From an uncultured Planctomycetota bacterium (GTDB lineage: Bacteria > Planctomycetota > Planctomycetia > Pirellulales > Lacipirellulaceae), in assembly GCA_963840025.1 (NCBI GenBank), contig CAWIXI010000019.1, forward strand, positions 44,485 through 108,484: a DNA stretch of 64,000 nt, in the 5' to 3' direction. The position numbers and the translations under genes are program-made. The notes under the pieces were generated by a model that had not been told where the DNA came from, did not search any database, and saw only the letters and a program-made list of their open reading frames with translations. Of this stretch, positions 45,036 to 56,003 are shown piece after piece (within the stretch, counting starts at the first letter, position 1; the number at the start of each line of letters is the position of its first letter).

Positions 45036-45346
45036 TCGCGGTTTGGTGCCGTTGACGGTTTCGGCCACGACGCCACCGACTACATAGCCGACTGCGAACG
45101 GTGGGATTGCAGCACGATGGACATTATTTCACGCAATGCACAACTTGGTCGGGAAATCGTTCCCATGTCGCTATCCACAATAACCAGCAGGGGAGCGAAG
45201 CAGATGCCATCGGCATCAGGCTACTGCGCGGCGTCTAAGGTCATTGGCGTCTCGCGGGGACGCGGATCCCGTGTCGACACATCGTTTTGCGATTCAGACG
45301 GCGCGACCTCCGAGAACCAACCGGCACTTCACTTGATCTGACTAGA

Positions 45347-46826
45347 ATGCAATCGAAATCACACTGCCGGCTTCTGGTCGCTTGCTTGCTAATGGGTTGG
45401 GGTTTCCAATCGCTGTTGCCGAGCACGTTCGAATGCGGCGGAAGCGGCTAAAGTCCGTCAGCCGAACGTCATCATCCTGTTTGTCGACGATTGGGGATGG
45501 ACCGACGCCAAATGCCTGGGCAGTGATTTTTATGAGACGCCCAACATCGATCAATTCTTCGCGGACAGCGTGGGTTTTGACAACGCCTATTCAGCCTGCA
45601 CCGTTTGTTCTCCTACCCGGGCTGCCTTGATGACGGGCATGTACCCCGCCCGCCTGCACCTGACCGATTATATTCCGGGCTCCCGCCAACCTCCCGGCCC
45701 TTTGAAAGAACCGAAATGGACGGAGCGACTGGAGCTCCGCTACGTGACGATTGCCGAGGCGCTGCACGACGCCGGTTATCGCACGGCTCACATCGGCAAA
45801 TGGCACCTCACCCCGTTTCAGGACGACCTGGTAGCGGATTATCTGCCAGAGCACCAGGGCTTCGACGTAAACATCGGCGGCAACAAGTGGGGGCAGCCTG
45901 GCAGCTACTATTATCCGTACAAGCACAACGAACGAACCATCGGAAAACTCCCGCCCGGCGGTAAAAAGGGAGAATACCTGACGGACCGGCTGACGGACGA
46001 AGCAGTCAAGCTCGTCCGACAGTGGGCCGACCAGGCCGTTCTTCATCTACTTCGCTTATTATCCGTGCACACGCCGATCGAGCCCAGGCCAGATTTACGC
46101 GACGAGTTCGCAAAGCGTTTGAAACCTGGGTTACGCCACCACAATCCGGGGTATGCGGCCATGGTGAAGTCGGTGGACCAGAGCGTCGGACGCGTGAGAG
46201 CGACGCTCAAGGAATTGGGCATTGACGACCGCACGATCATCATTCTGGCAAGCGACAATGGCGGACTGGCACGCCGCAGCGGGATTACCGACAATACGCC
46301 GCTGCGAGCAGGCAAAGGCAGTGTCTACGAAGGAGGTGTGCGCGTTCCAACGGCGGTCTATTGGCCCGGCGTTACGAAAGGTGGTCCCGTCTGCGACGAC
46401 CCCATCATTACCATGGATTTCTATCCCACGATCCTTGAAATGACAAACACCGCTGGCGATGCGACGCACAATGCCAACGTCGACGGTTTGAGTCTCGTGC
46501 CGTTGCTCCGTGATCCCAAAGCTACTCTCGGACGGAAGGCGATCTACTGGCACTTCCCTCACTACCACCCCGGCGGGGCGACTCCCTACGGGGCGGTTCG
46601 GGCAGGTCCATGGCGACTGGTCGAGTTCTACGACGACGATCGCGCGGAACTTTACAATTTGAGCGATGACTTGGGCGAAACACAAAACGTTGCGGCTCAG
46701 CATCCTGACCAGGTCGCGCGGCTGCGCAACATGTTGCACACCTGGCGCAAACAAGTCGGCGCCCAGATGCCGACGCACGTTCCGGGTTATTCAACCACAC
46801 GCGTTTCCAAGACGAGCACCCGATGA
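45347..46826 (+). pseudogene. Cys-type S1 sulfatase, three frame breaks (one compensating pair)
   Basis: The signal peptide MQSKSHCRLLVACLLMGWGFQSLL starts at ATG 45347 (frame 2). The frame of ORF 45570..46826 has KVRQPNVIILFVDDWGWTDAKC...CTVCSPTRAALMTGMYP...GKWHL. Within it, QWADQAVLHLLRLLSVHTP should read QWADQPFFIYFAYYSVHTP. Indels lie near 45430, 46035 and 46065. Confidence 0.85.
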
Positions 46827-48147
46827 AATCAATCATCCGCGTTCTTTCCGTAGTCTGTGTGCTGAGCTGTTCGGCGGCGAATTGCTTTTCAGCCCAGCCG
46901 AATATCGTGTTGATCATGGCGGACGACCTCGGTTATGAAACAGTCGGTGCGGACGGCGGCACGAGCTACAGCACGCCGGTGCTCGATCGACTCGCCGCAA
47001 CCGGGCGCGCTTCACCAATAGTTTCGCCCAGCCCCTTTGTACGCCGACCCGCTGCCAGTTAATGACCGGCCGGTCCAACTCGCGGAATTACGTCAAGTTC
47101 GGCAAGCTCGATCGAAACGAAGTGACTTTCGGCAATTTGCTGCAACAGGCGGGGTACAAGACCTGCGTGGCGGGGAAGTGGCAGCTTGGTCAGGAAGTGG
47201 ACTCGCCGCAACATTTTGGATTCGACGAGTCGTGTCTTTGGCAGCACACGCGCCGACCACCTCGATATGCGAACCCCGGCTTGGAAATAAACGGCAAAGA
47301 GAAGAATTACTCGCAAGGTGAATATGGTCCTGACCTGGTCGCCGATTTCGGCATCGACTTCATCACCCGGCACCAATCCGAGCCGTTTTTTCTCTACTAT
47401 CCCATGATCCTGACTCACGCGCCCTACCAACCGACGCCGGATAGCGTCGACTGGGATCCGCGGATTGCCGACGCGCGGCAGGGCCACAACCGGCGACATT
47501 TCGGCGATATGGTCGAATATATGGACAAGTTGGTCGGACGCGTGGTTTCTCAATTGGACAAACTGAATCTGCGTGGCAAGACGCTCATCATTTTCCTGGG
47601 TGACAACGGCACTGGTCGAGGCGTTCGTTCGAAGCTCGGCGACCAGGAGATCCTAGGTGGCAAGGGGCGGACGACAGCCGCCGGGATGCACGTACCGATG
47701 GTCGTCAATTGGCCCGGTCACATTGACCCACAGGTTTGCTCAGACCTGGTCGATACCACGGACATTTTGCCGACGTTGCTCGACGCTGCCGGCGTCGCGA
47801 AACCTACGTCGATTGAGTTGGACGGCGTCAGCTTCCTACCGCAACTTCTCGGTGAAACTGGCCAACCCCGAGCATGGATTTTCACCTGGTATTGCCCGAG
47901 GCCGGACCGAGATCCCACGGTTTGCAGATTCGCATTCGATCATCAGTTCAAACTGTATGGTTCCGGAGAGTTCTTTGATATCGAACAGGACCCATTGGAG
48001 CAACGGCCGCGCCGCGTCGCCGACCTGAAAGGAGACGAGGCGCGGGCAGCCCAGGTTTTGCAGGCGGCGCTTGATAAGTATCGAGGAGTGAGGCCACCCA
48101 ATCTCGCCATTGGCAATAGCCATGCAAAACGAGTGAAGTCAAGATAA
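46823..48147 (+). pseudogene. Cys-type S1 sulfatase, one frame break
   Basis: The ATG overlaps the upstream stop (ATGA). A signal peptide and [22 protein letters not shown] are in ORF 46823..47062. [25 protein letters not shown]...GKWQLG...FLGDNGT is in the frame of ORF 47062..48147. The break lies near 46990-47000. Confidence 0.85.
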
Positions 48148-48168
48148 GCACAAGACTGGAGAAGTTGC

Positions 48169-50551
48169 ATGGTTCACAGCCGTCGATTCTGCGTTGAAGT
48201 AGGCGTCTTGATAGTGGCCGCGTTCAGCCTCTGGGGTGAGTTGGCGTATGGGGAGGCGGATTCAACGCCCGAGCTGTGCTACGATCGCCCGGCCAAGCAG
48301 TGGACCGAAGCGCTGCCGGTCGGCAACGGGCGGCTCGGTTGTATGGTGTTCGGCGGCGTCGACGAAGCCCGTTACCAGTTCAACGAAGACACGCTCTGGA
48401 CCGGCGCACCGCATGACTACGCTCACCCGGGCGCCGCAAAATATCTGCCACGAATCCGACAGTTGCTATTTGAAGGCCGACAACATGATGCCGAGGAGCT
48501 TGCACAACAAGAGTTCATGTCGATACCTCTCCATCAATGCGCCTACCAGCCCTTCGGGGACGTCACGTTACGTTTTCAGAACCACGGCCAGGCAAAAGGT
48601 TATCAGCGCTGTCTTGACCTAAGAACGGCTACCGCGGTCACGAGTTATCGGATCGGCGACGTGCAATTCACCCGCCAGACAATCGCCAGCTACCCGGATC
48701 AGGTCCTAGTCATTCACTTGGCCTGTAGTCGGCCTAGTCACTTGAACTTCGACGCCACACTCACCAGTCCCCATCCTGATTCGCAGGTTTCGCCCCATGA
48801 CTCGACAACCCTGGTCCTGACAGGCAAAGTGGGAAACACGAAGACACATGAAGGCGATCTGGTCAAAGGAAAGATGCGCTTCGCGGCGTATCTTCGAATA
48901 TCGTCACCCGACGGCACGATTGAGGCGTCGCAGAAAGGAATCTCGGTCTCCGGCGCCAGCCAGGCAACTCTACTGCTTACTGCGGCGACAAATTTTGTCA
49001 ACTTTCGTGACCTGTCGGGCGACGCGGTGGCGCGCAGCCGGAAGCAAATGGAGAGCATTCACAAATCGTGGGAGGCGATTCATCGCGATCAGGTCAAGGA
49101 TCATCAAAACTTGTACAACCGGATCAGTTTGCGGCCTCGGCCCATCCGCTTCGCCAGCGCTGCCGACGGACAAACGAATTCTTCAGTACGCGGACCAGAA
49201 CGATCCGGGGCTCGAGACGCTGCTATTCAACTACGGTAGATACCTGATGATCTGCTCAAGTCGCCCGGGCAGCCAGCCCGCGAATTTACAAGGGGTGTGG
49301 AACGATAGTCTCAAGCCGCCGTGGGAAAGCAAATACACCACGAACATCAATCTGGAAATGAATTACTGGCTCGTCGAGCCGTGCGACTTGCCGGAGTGCG
49401 CCGAGCCATTGTTCCAAGCATTGAAGGAAGTCGCCGAATCCGGCCGGATCACTGCCCGCGAGCAGTATGGCGTCCCCGGCTGGGTGCTGCATCATAACTT
49501 CGACATCTGGCGAGGCGCCGCGCCGATCAATGCTTCCAACCACGGTATTTGGCCGAGCGGCGGGGCCTGGCTGTGCCAACAACTCTGGGAGCACTACCTC
49601 TATTCCGGCGATGAGGAATTCTTACGCGACACGGCTTATCCATTGATGAAAGGCGCCGCCAAGTTCTTTGCCAACTATCTTGTCGAGGATCCACGCGACG
49701 ATCGGCAATGGCTGATCAGCGGTCCCAGCAATTCGCCGGAAATCGGCGGGCTGGTCATGGGGCCGACCATGGACCACCAGATCATTCGCAGCCTGTTCGC
49801 CAATACGATTGAAGCGGCGCAAATTCTCGACGTCGATCCCAAACTGCGAAATCAACTTGAAGCCCTCCGCCCGCGAATCGCCCCAAATCAAATTGGGAAA
49901 TATGGTCAGCTCCAGGAGTGGTTAGAGGATATCGACGATCCGGCGCTCAAGCATCGTCATGTTTCGCACTTGTGGGGCCTGTTCCCGGGACATGAGATTA
50001 CGTCGGACACACCGGACTTGCTTGCGGCCGCGCAGAAGTCGCTCGAATTTCGCGGCGACGAAGGTACCGGCTGGTCTCGAGCATGGAAAATTAACTTCTG
50101 GGCCCGGCTCGGCGACGGCGATCACGCCCACAAAGTACTTCAAGGTTTGCTCACGCTTACCGGATCCAGCCTCACCGACTATCGGGGTGGCGGTGTCTAT
50201 CCGAATCTCTTCGATGCTCATCCGCCGTTTCAAATTGACGGAAATTTTGGGGCGGCCAACGGAATCTGCGAAATGTTGGTCCAATCCCATCGCCGGACGA
50301 AGGACGGAACGCGCCTGATCGAGCTGCTCCCCGCCTTGCCCCACGCGTGGCCCAATGGAGAGCTGACGGGCGTGCGAACCCGGTCCGGGTTTCAAGTCGA
50401 CCTGCGGTGGTCAGCGGGGCGACTTGCAAATTGCCGTGTCCGATCGCTGCTAGGCAAGCCCGCTGTGCTCAAATATGGCGATCAAGAGACCAAGCTGACA
50501 CTCGCAGCGGGAGAAGTTGCGAACTTTGACGAACAGCTGAAAGGGCACTGA
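48169..50551 (+). pseudogene. GH95 alpha-L-fucosidase (1,2-alpha-L-fucosidase-type), one frame break
   Basis: WTEALPVGNGRLGCMVFGGVDEARYQFNEDTLWTGAP is in ORF 48169..49239. [18 protein letters not shown]...[34 protein letters not shown] is in ORF 48848..50551. The break lies near 49127-49132. Confidence 0.85.
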
Positions 50552-50578
50552 CGCGCTCGCCATGCGCAGGAAATTACC

Positions 50579-52896
50579 ATGAACTCGTTATCGCGACGGT
50601 TGGTATTGAAACTGCTGGGAACTTACGCTGCCTGGTTTGGAATAGGTCCAGCGGTACGCACGTCGAACGCGGCGCCTGCGCCACAACGCGGCGCACCCCT
50701 GTGCGATTGGCGCAACATGCACGAGCGCGTCTGGCTCGGAGAGCAGTTTTGGGCGAATCCGATGGAAGATTGGCGCGTGGTTCAAGACGGTGCGGAGTGC
50801 CAGTCGCAAGGCGGCAATCGTTCCATTCACGTGCTGACGCATCAATTTGCAAATACCGGCGGCAGAATGGAAATGTCAGTCCGCATCAAAGAAGTCGAAA
50901 GGGGCCCGGCCCCCAGTGGCGCCGGCTTCCGCCTGGGAATTCGCAGCGACATCGACGAATACCGGAGCAATTGCTTTGCTAAGGGCGGCATCAATTGTGG
51001 AATTGTCGACGGCGCCCTTGTGATCGGTGAGGGCGGTAAACGATCACGCCTGGGACGTGACATAAATGAGTGCACGCTTCGCCTCGACGGCAAACCGACT
51101 GGCCAACCGTATGCGCTCGCACTCACGGCTGCTGATGCGTCCGGCAACAAGATTGGCGAAGTCAAAGATCTCGTACCCAGGGATGCGCTGCTCGGCAACG
51201 TCGCGCTGGTGAGCAACTTCAACCGAAAAACGAAAAGCGATGAAGGCTCACGGTATAGATTCAGCGATTGGACGATCGCCGGAGACGCTTTCGAGGTGAC
51301 CCCCTCGAACAAATTCGGCCCGCTCCTGTGGTCAATGTATTCGCTCAGCGACTCGCGCAGTGGCGAAGGCTTTGTCTTGAAGATGAGCGCACTGACGGGA
51401 CCATTGGGTGCGAAAGATAACAAGTCGATAGAACTCAGAATCAAACGCGACGGCAAATGGCACTCTCTCGGCGACGCCACGCTTGATGAGGACTGCTGGA
51501 CGGCTGTGTTTCGCATTCCTAATTGGGATGAGAGGGTCGAGACCCCTTACAAACTCATCTATTACCAGGCACATCGTGACGGGACGACGACCGTCTCGGA
51601 ACGTACCGGAACGATCAAGGCCAATCCGTCTGGACGCCCGTTTCGTTTGGCGCAATGACCTGCCAGAACGATTACGCCTTTCCGTACGAGCCCGTTGCCA
51701 AGAATTTACTGCGGCTCGATCCCGACATGCTCTACTTTTCCGGCGATCAGATCTATGAAACGCACGGCGGTTTTGGAATCATTCGCAAGCCGGCCGACCG
51801 AGCGATCCTCAACTACCTGCGAAAGTTTTATGAATTCGGCTGGGCGTTCGGAGAGGCGATGCGCAGTAGGCCCACGTTGTGCATTCCCGACGACCACGAC
51901 GTCTTTCAAGGCAATTTGTGGGGTGAAAGCGGCGAAAAAATTGGTCCGGGTCCAAAGGACGCAACTGGCGGCTATGAGGAGCCGGCGAAAATGGTCAATG
52001 TCGTGCATAAGACATGCGCCGGCCACCACCCCGACTACTATGACCCGATGCCATGCAAGCAAGGCATCAGTGTTTACTACGGAGAGGTCGTCTACGGGGG
52101 CGTCGGATTTGCAATCGTCGCGGATCGGCAGTTCAAGAGTGGTCCGGAGCACGTGCACACCGGTAGCGGTCGCCCCGACCACGTGATTGACGCCGACATC
52201 GATTGTTCCAAGCTCGACAAACCAGGCCTTAGCTTATTGGGCAAGCGCCAGGAGAACTTTCTGGATCATTGGGTAAACGACTGGCGCGGCCACAACATGA
52301 AGGTGCTGCTGAGCCAGACCGTGTTTGCGGGCGTGGCCACCCACCACGGCACTTACGACGGCTTCCTGCGTGCCGACCTCGATTCGGGTGGTTGGCCCCA
52401 GACCCCGCGGAACAAAGTCATCCGCATCGTCCGCCAGGGATTGCCTTTACACATCAACGGCGACCAGCATCTCGCTTCGCTCGTCCAATACGGCGTAGAC
52501 AAGCAGCGCGACAGTTGTTGGTCGTTTTGCACGCCGGCGATCGCCGTGGGCTACCCACGTTGGTGGCGGCCCGACGAAGTCGGCATCCAGTTCAAAGGAC
52601 GCCCGAAGCACGGGCTGCCGAATACCGGCGAGTATCTCGATACCTTTGGCAACAAAGCCTACGTGTATGCGGTAGGAAACCCCGAAGTCGGTACGAAGCA
52701 CAATCGTTACCAGTTAGCGCATCAAAAGGGAAGCGGATTTGGACTGGTGACGATCGACACTCGCGCAAAGACCTACACGTGCGAGGCCTTCCGATTCCTC
52801 GTCGATGCTACCGACGGTGATTTGAGCAATCAATTTCCCGGTTGGCCTTTGACGATCCGCCAGCAAGAAAATGCCGGTCATAATGTGATCGGATAA
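50579..52896 (+). pseudogene. TAT-exported PhoD-like metallophosphatase (alkaline phosphatase D family) with jelly-roll N-terminal domain; split at 51655 by a probable 1-nt deletion
   Basis: ORF 50579..51658 has an SRRLVLK signal and a PhoD_N-like end ...[20 protein letters not shown] 51655..52896 begins [11 protein letters not shown]...FSGDQIYE...[11 protein letters not shown]. The stop falls inside the conserved RFA-x-SCQ strand that links PhoD_N to the metallophosphatase domain. Confidence 0.7.
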
Positions 52897-52943
52897 GGGA
52901 ATCTACCGACGAGACCTACCAAATACCAACTCAGGAACATGTA

Positions 52944-54548
52944 ATGAAGTACCTTGTGCAACTAGAAGCAGTTTCAAAACCGCCGGGGACTGTCCCCATT
53001 TTCCGAGCTTGCGAGGAAAATGGGACTGTCCCCCTCTCCGCCGCGGTTTTGAAACTGCTTCTAATTGTCGCCACCGTTTTGAGCTTTGCTGAAACGCTGT
53101 GGGCGGATTCGCTTGCCGGCAGCCGCCCGAACATCATCGTCGTCATGACGGATGATCAGGGCTACCCTCCGGTCGGCCGACTGGGGCATCCGTGGATACA
53201 CACGCCAAACCTGGACGCGCTCTACGACAAGAGCACGCGCTTTACCCACTTTTTTGTCAGTCCCACGTGTGCGCCGACACGATCCGCCCTGATGACCGGC
53301 CGCTATCCGTTTGAGAACGGCGTCACGCACACGATCCTGGAGCGAGAGCGTCTGGCGTTAGACGCAGTCACGTTGCCGCAAATCTTAAAGTCGGCCGGCT
53401 ATACAACCGCCATTTTCGGCAAATGGCATTTGGGCGATGAGGATGCTTACCAGCCTGGCAACCGCGGCTTCGACGAATCATTTATTCATGGCGCGGGAGG
53501 TATCGGCCAGAGTTACGATTGTTCCTGTGCGGATGCACCCAACAATACATACTTTGATCCGGTGATTCGACACAATGGGACGTTCGTAAAGACCCACGGA
53601 TACTGCACCGATATCTTCTTTGATGCAGCTTTGGGATGGATTAAACAACATCGGCAGACGAAGGACGGAGATTCCCCCCAGCCGTTTTTCGTTTACATCC
53701 CCACAAATGCACCGCACAATCCGTTCATCGCTCCGAAGAAAAATGCGGACCGCTTCAAAAAGCTCGGATTCGACGAAGAGACCGCTGGCTTCTACGGCAT
53801 GATCGAGAATATCGATGAAAACATGGGACGGCTGCTTGCCAAGCTCGACGAATGGCAGCTCTTCGACAACACGATTGTCATTTTCATGTCCGACAATGGG
53901 ATGAGCCGTGGAGCGATGGCCGATCGGGGGCAACCGTTGGGTCAGCTGGCGGACGGCACGCCGTTGATGTTCTATAATGCCCACATGAAAGGACTCAAAG
54001 GGTCGGTTGACGAGGGAGGGGTTCGCGTTCCATTCTTCATCCGTTGGGACGGGCGACTCGCGGCCAATCGAGATATCGATCAAATTGCAGCTCATATCGA
54101 CCTGTTGCCGACTCTCGCAGAACTCGCGGGTGCGGAGATGCCCAAAGCGCGGGTCGATGGACGCAGCCTGGTCCCGTTACTGCAAAATCTCGCTAGTCCG
54201 TGGAAGGACCGATTTTTGTTCACCCATCGAGGCCGCTGGCCGTTGCATGCAAATCCAGACGATTTCAAATGGACCGGGTTTTCCGTGCGCAATCAGCGCT
54301 TTCGATTGGCGGGAACCGATCAGCTGTACGACATGCTGCGGGACCCGGGACAAACAGTGAACGTGATTGGCCATCATCCTGAGGTCGTCGACGACATGAA
54401 GTCCGCCTACGAGAGGTTTTGGGACGAAGCACGGCCTCTGATGGTTAACGAAAACGTCCCTTTGTCCACCACACGGCCATATCACGTCGCGTACCGCAAG
54501 CAAGAGAAAACGAGCGGAATCCCCGATTGGAAGAAACCGAGTCTGTAG
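52944..54548 (+). CDS. Cys-type S1 arylsulfatase; N-terminal region contains MITE-like element copy 2
   Basis: Intact 534-aa ORF with SRPNIIVVMTDDQGYPPVG, VSPTCAPTRSALMTGRYP, GKWHLG and FMSDNG. The signal-peptide h-region AAVLKLLLIVATVLSFAETLWA starts inside the repeat at 52963..53063. Confidence 0.9.
   Translation: MKYLVQLEAVSKPPGTVPIFRACEENGTVPLSAAVLKLLLIVATVLSFAETLWADSLAGSRPNIIVVMTDDQGYPPVGRLGHPWIHTPNLDALYDKSTRFTHFFVSPTCAPTRSALMTGRYPFENGVTHTILERERLALDAVTLPQILKSAGYTTAIFGKWHLGDEDAYQPGNRGFDESFIHGAGGIGQSYDCSCADAPNNTYFDPVIRHNGTFVKTHGYCTDIFFDAALGWIKQHRQTKDGDSPQPFFVYIPTNAPHNPFIAPKKNADRFKKLGFDEETAGFYGMIENIDENMGRLLAKLDEWQLFDNTIVIFMSDNGMSRGAMADRGQPLGQLADGTPLMFYNAHMKGLKGSVDEGGVRVPFFIRWDGRLAANRDIDQIAAHIDLLPTLAELAGAEMPKARVDGRSLVPLLQNLASPWKDRFLFTHRGRWPLHANPDDFKWTGFSVRNQRFRLAGTDQLYDMLRDPGQTVNVIGHHPEVVDDMKSAYERFWDEARPLMVNENVPLSTTRPYHVAYRKQEKTSGIPDWKKPSL
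52963..53063. repeat. MITE-like palindromic element, copy 2 (inverted relative to copy 1)
   Basis: TAGAAGCAGTTTCAAAACCGCCGGGGACTGTCCCCATTTTCCGAGCTTGCGAGGAAAATGGGACTGTCCCCCTCTCCGCCGCGGTTTTGAAACTGCTTCTA equals the reverse complement of 873..973 apart from 3 substitutions. It is TA-flanked and stop-free in the sulfatase frame. Confidence 0.75.
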
Positions 54549-54672
54549 GATTTCTGTAATTGACCAAAGGCGTAAGCCAGGACGAAGAGCTGAGGAGTTT
54601 TGCCACCTCTCAGTTTTGGGTCCGGCCGGCTTGCTGTATCGTGAACTAACAGCATTTTAAGGAGCTTCAACA

Positions 54673-55965
54673 ATGGCGATGAAAGTGGATCGGCGCAGTT
54701 TCTTAAGGCAATCAATCGGTAGTGCGGCCCTGGCATCGACCGCTTCGTGGACCGCCGCCAGCTACGCGCAAGTCATTGGCGCGAACGAGCGAATCCGCGT
54801 GGGCCTGATTGGAGCTGGCGGCATGGGGTCGAATCACGCGCAATGTTTGAGCGACCTGCGCAAGCCGGACAATATCGAGGTGGTCGCCGCTGCCGACTGT
54901 TGGCTCACTCGCGCCAAGCAGGCCGCCCAGACCATGGAATGCGCCTCACGCCTATCAGGATTACCACCGTGTGCTGGACAGCGACATCGACTACGTAACG
55001 ATAGCCACACCCGAACACTGGCACAAAGAGATGACCTGCGCCGCGCTGGACGCGGGCAAGGCGGTCTATTGCGAAAAGCCGATGACGCACACTATCGAGG
55101 AGGGCCTCGAGGTGGCGAAGAAGCAGAAGGCAACCGGGCTCCCCGTACAAATCGGCGTCCAGGCTACGTCGGACGACATCTATCGCCGAGCTGGAAAAGC
55201 GGTGCGAGATGGTGTGTTAGGAAGGGTCGTGCAGGCACAGATCGAGTACGTTCGACGGTACAACCATCAAGGCCCTTGCGCGACCCGGGCCCTGTAGATA
55301 AGTACCGGCAAAAGCCCGCCGATCTGGACTGGAAAGCGTGGCTGGGAAATGCCCCAGAATGCGATTGGAATCCGCATCACTATTTCGAATGGCGGTGCTA
55401 TTCGCCGTACTCGGGAGGCATCGCCACGGATCTTTTCATCCACCGGATCACGCGCCTGATGATCGCCTGCGACCTGCAATTCCCCAGACGGGTCGTTGGC
55501 ATGGGCGGTATCTGGCAATGGCCCGACGGTCGCGACCTTCCCGACAACTTCGAAATGATCTGCGAGTACCCCCGCGGAATGACCGTCTATGTGCTGGGAA
55601 CCCAGAGCAATCGCGTCGGCGTCGACCATCTCATTCGCGGTTATCGCGCTACCTTGCAATTTGTCGGCAACAAATGGGTTGCCAAAGACAAGGGCGGCAA
55701 GCAGTTGGCCGAAGAGAGCGGCGACGTGCAGGAAAGCATTTACAAGCACCACACGAACTTCCACCATCACCTTCGCAACGGTGAACCCCTGAATTGCCCA
55801 ATCTCACTCGCCCTGCCGGGTCTCGCCGCCGTCTGCATGGCCAACGAGTCCTGGCGCACCGGCCAGATGATGGCCTGGGATAAGGAATACCAACGGATGA
55901 TCCCGGCGCACGAACTCAAGGAACAAGACTATTTTCCGGAAGACCAGGGCAAGGCGAAAGCTTAA
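54673..55965 (+). pseudogene. TAT-exported Gfo/Idh/MocA family oxidoreductase, compensating pair of frame breaks
   Basis: MAMKVDRRSFLRQS (twin-arginine signal) and IRVGLIGAGGMGSNH are in frame 1. The central part AYQDYHRVLDSDIDYVTIATPEHWHKEMTCAALDAGKAVYCEKPMTH...VQIGVQ lies in the frame of ORF 54971..55297. Frame 1 resumes at DLDWKAWLGNAP...IATDLFIHRITR. Breaks lie near 54945 and 55280. Frame 1 stays open by chance, giving ORF 54673..55965. Confidence 0.8.
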
Positions 55966-56003
55966 TATTTGCGCGCATCTGTAACACTTTGGAGGACTGA
56001 ACC

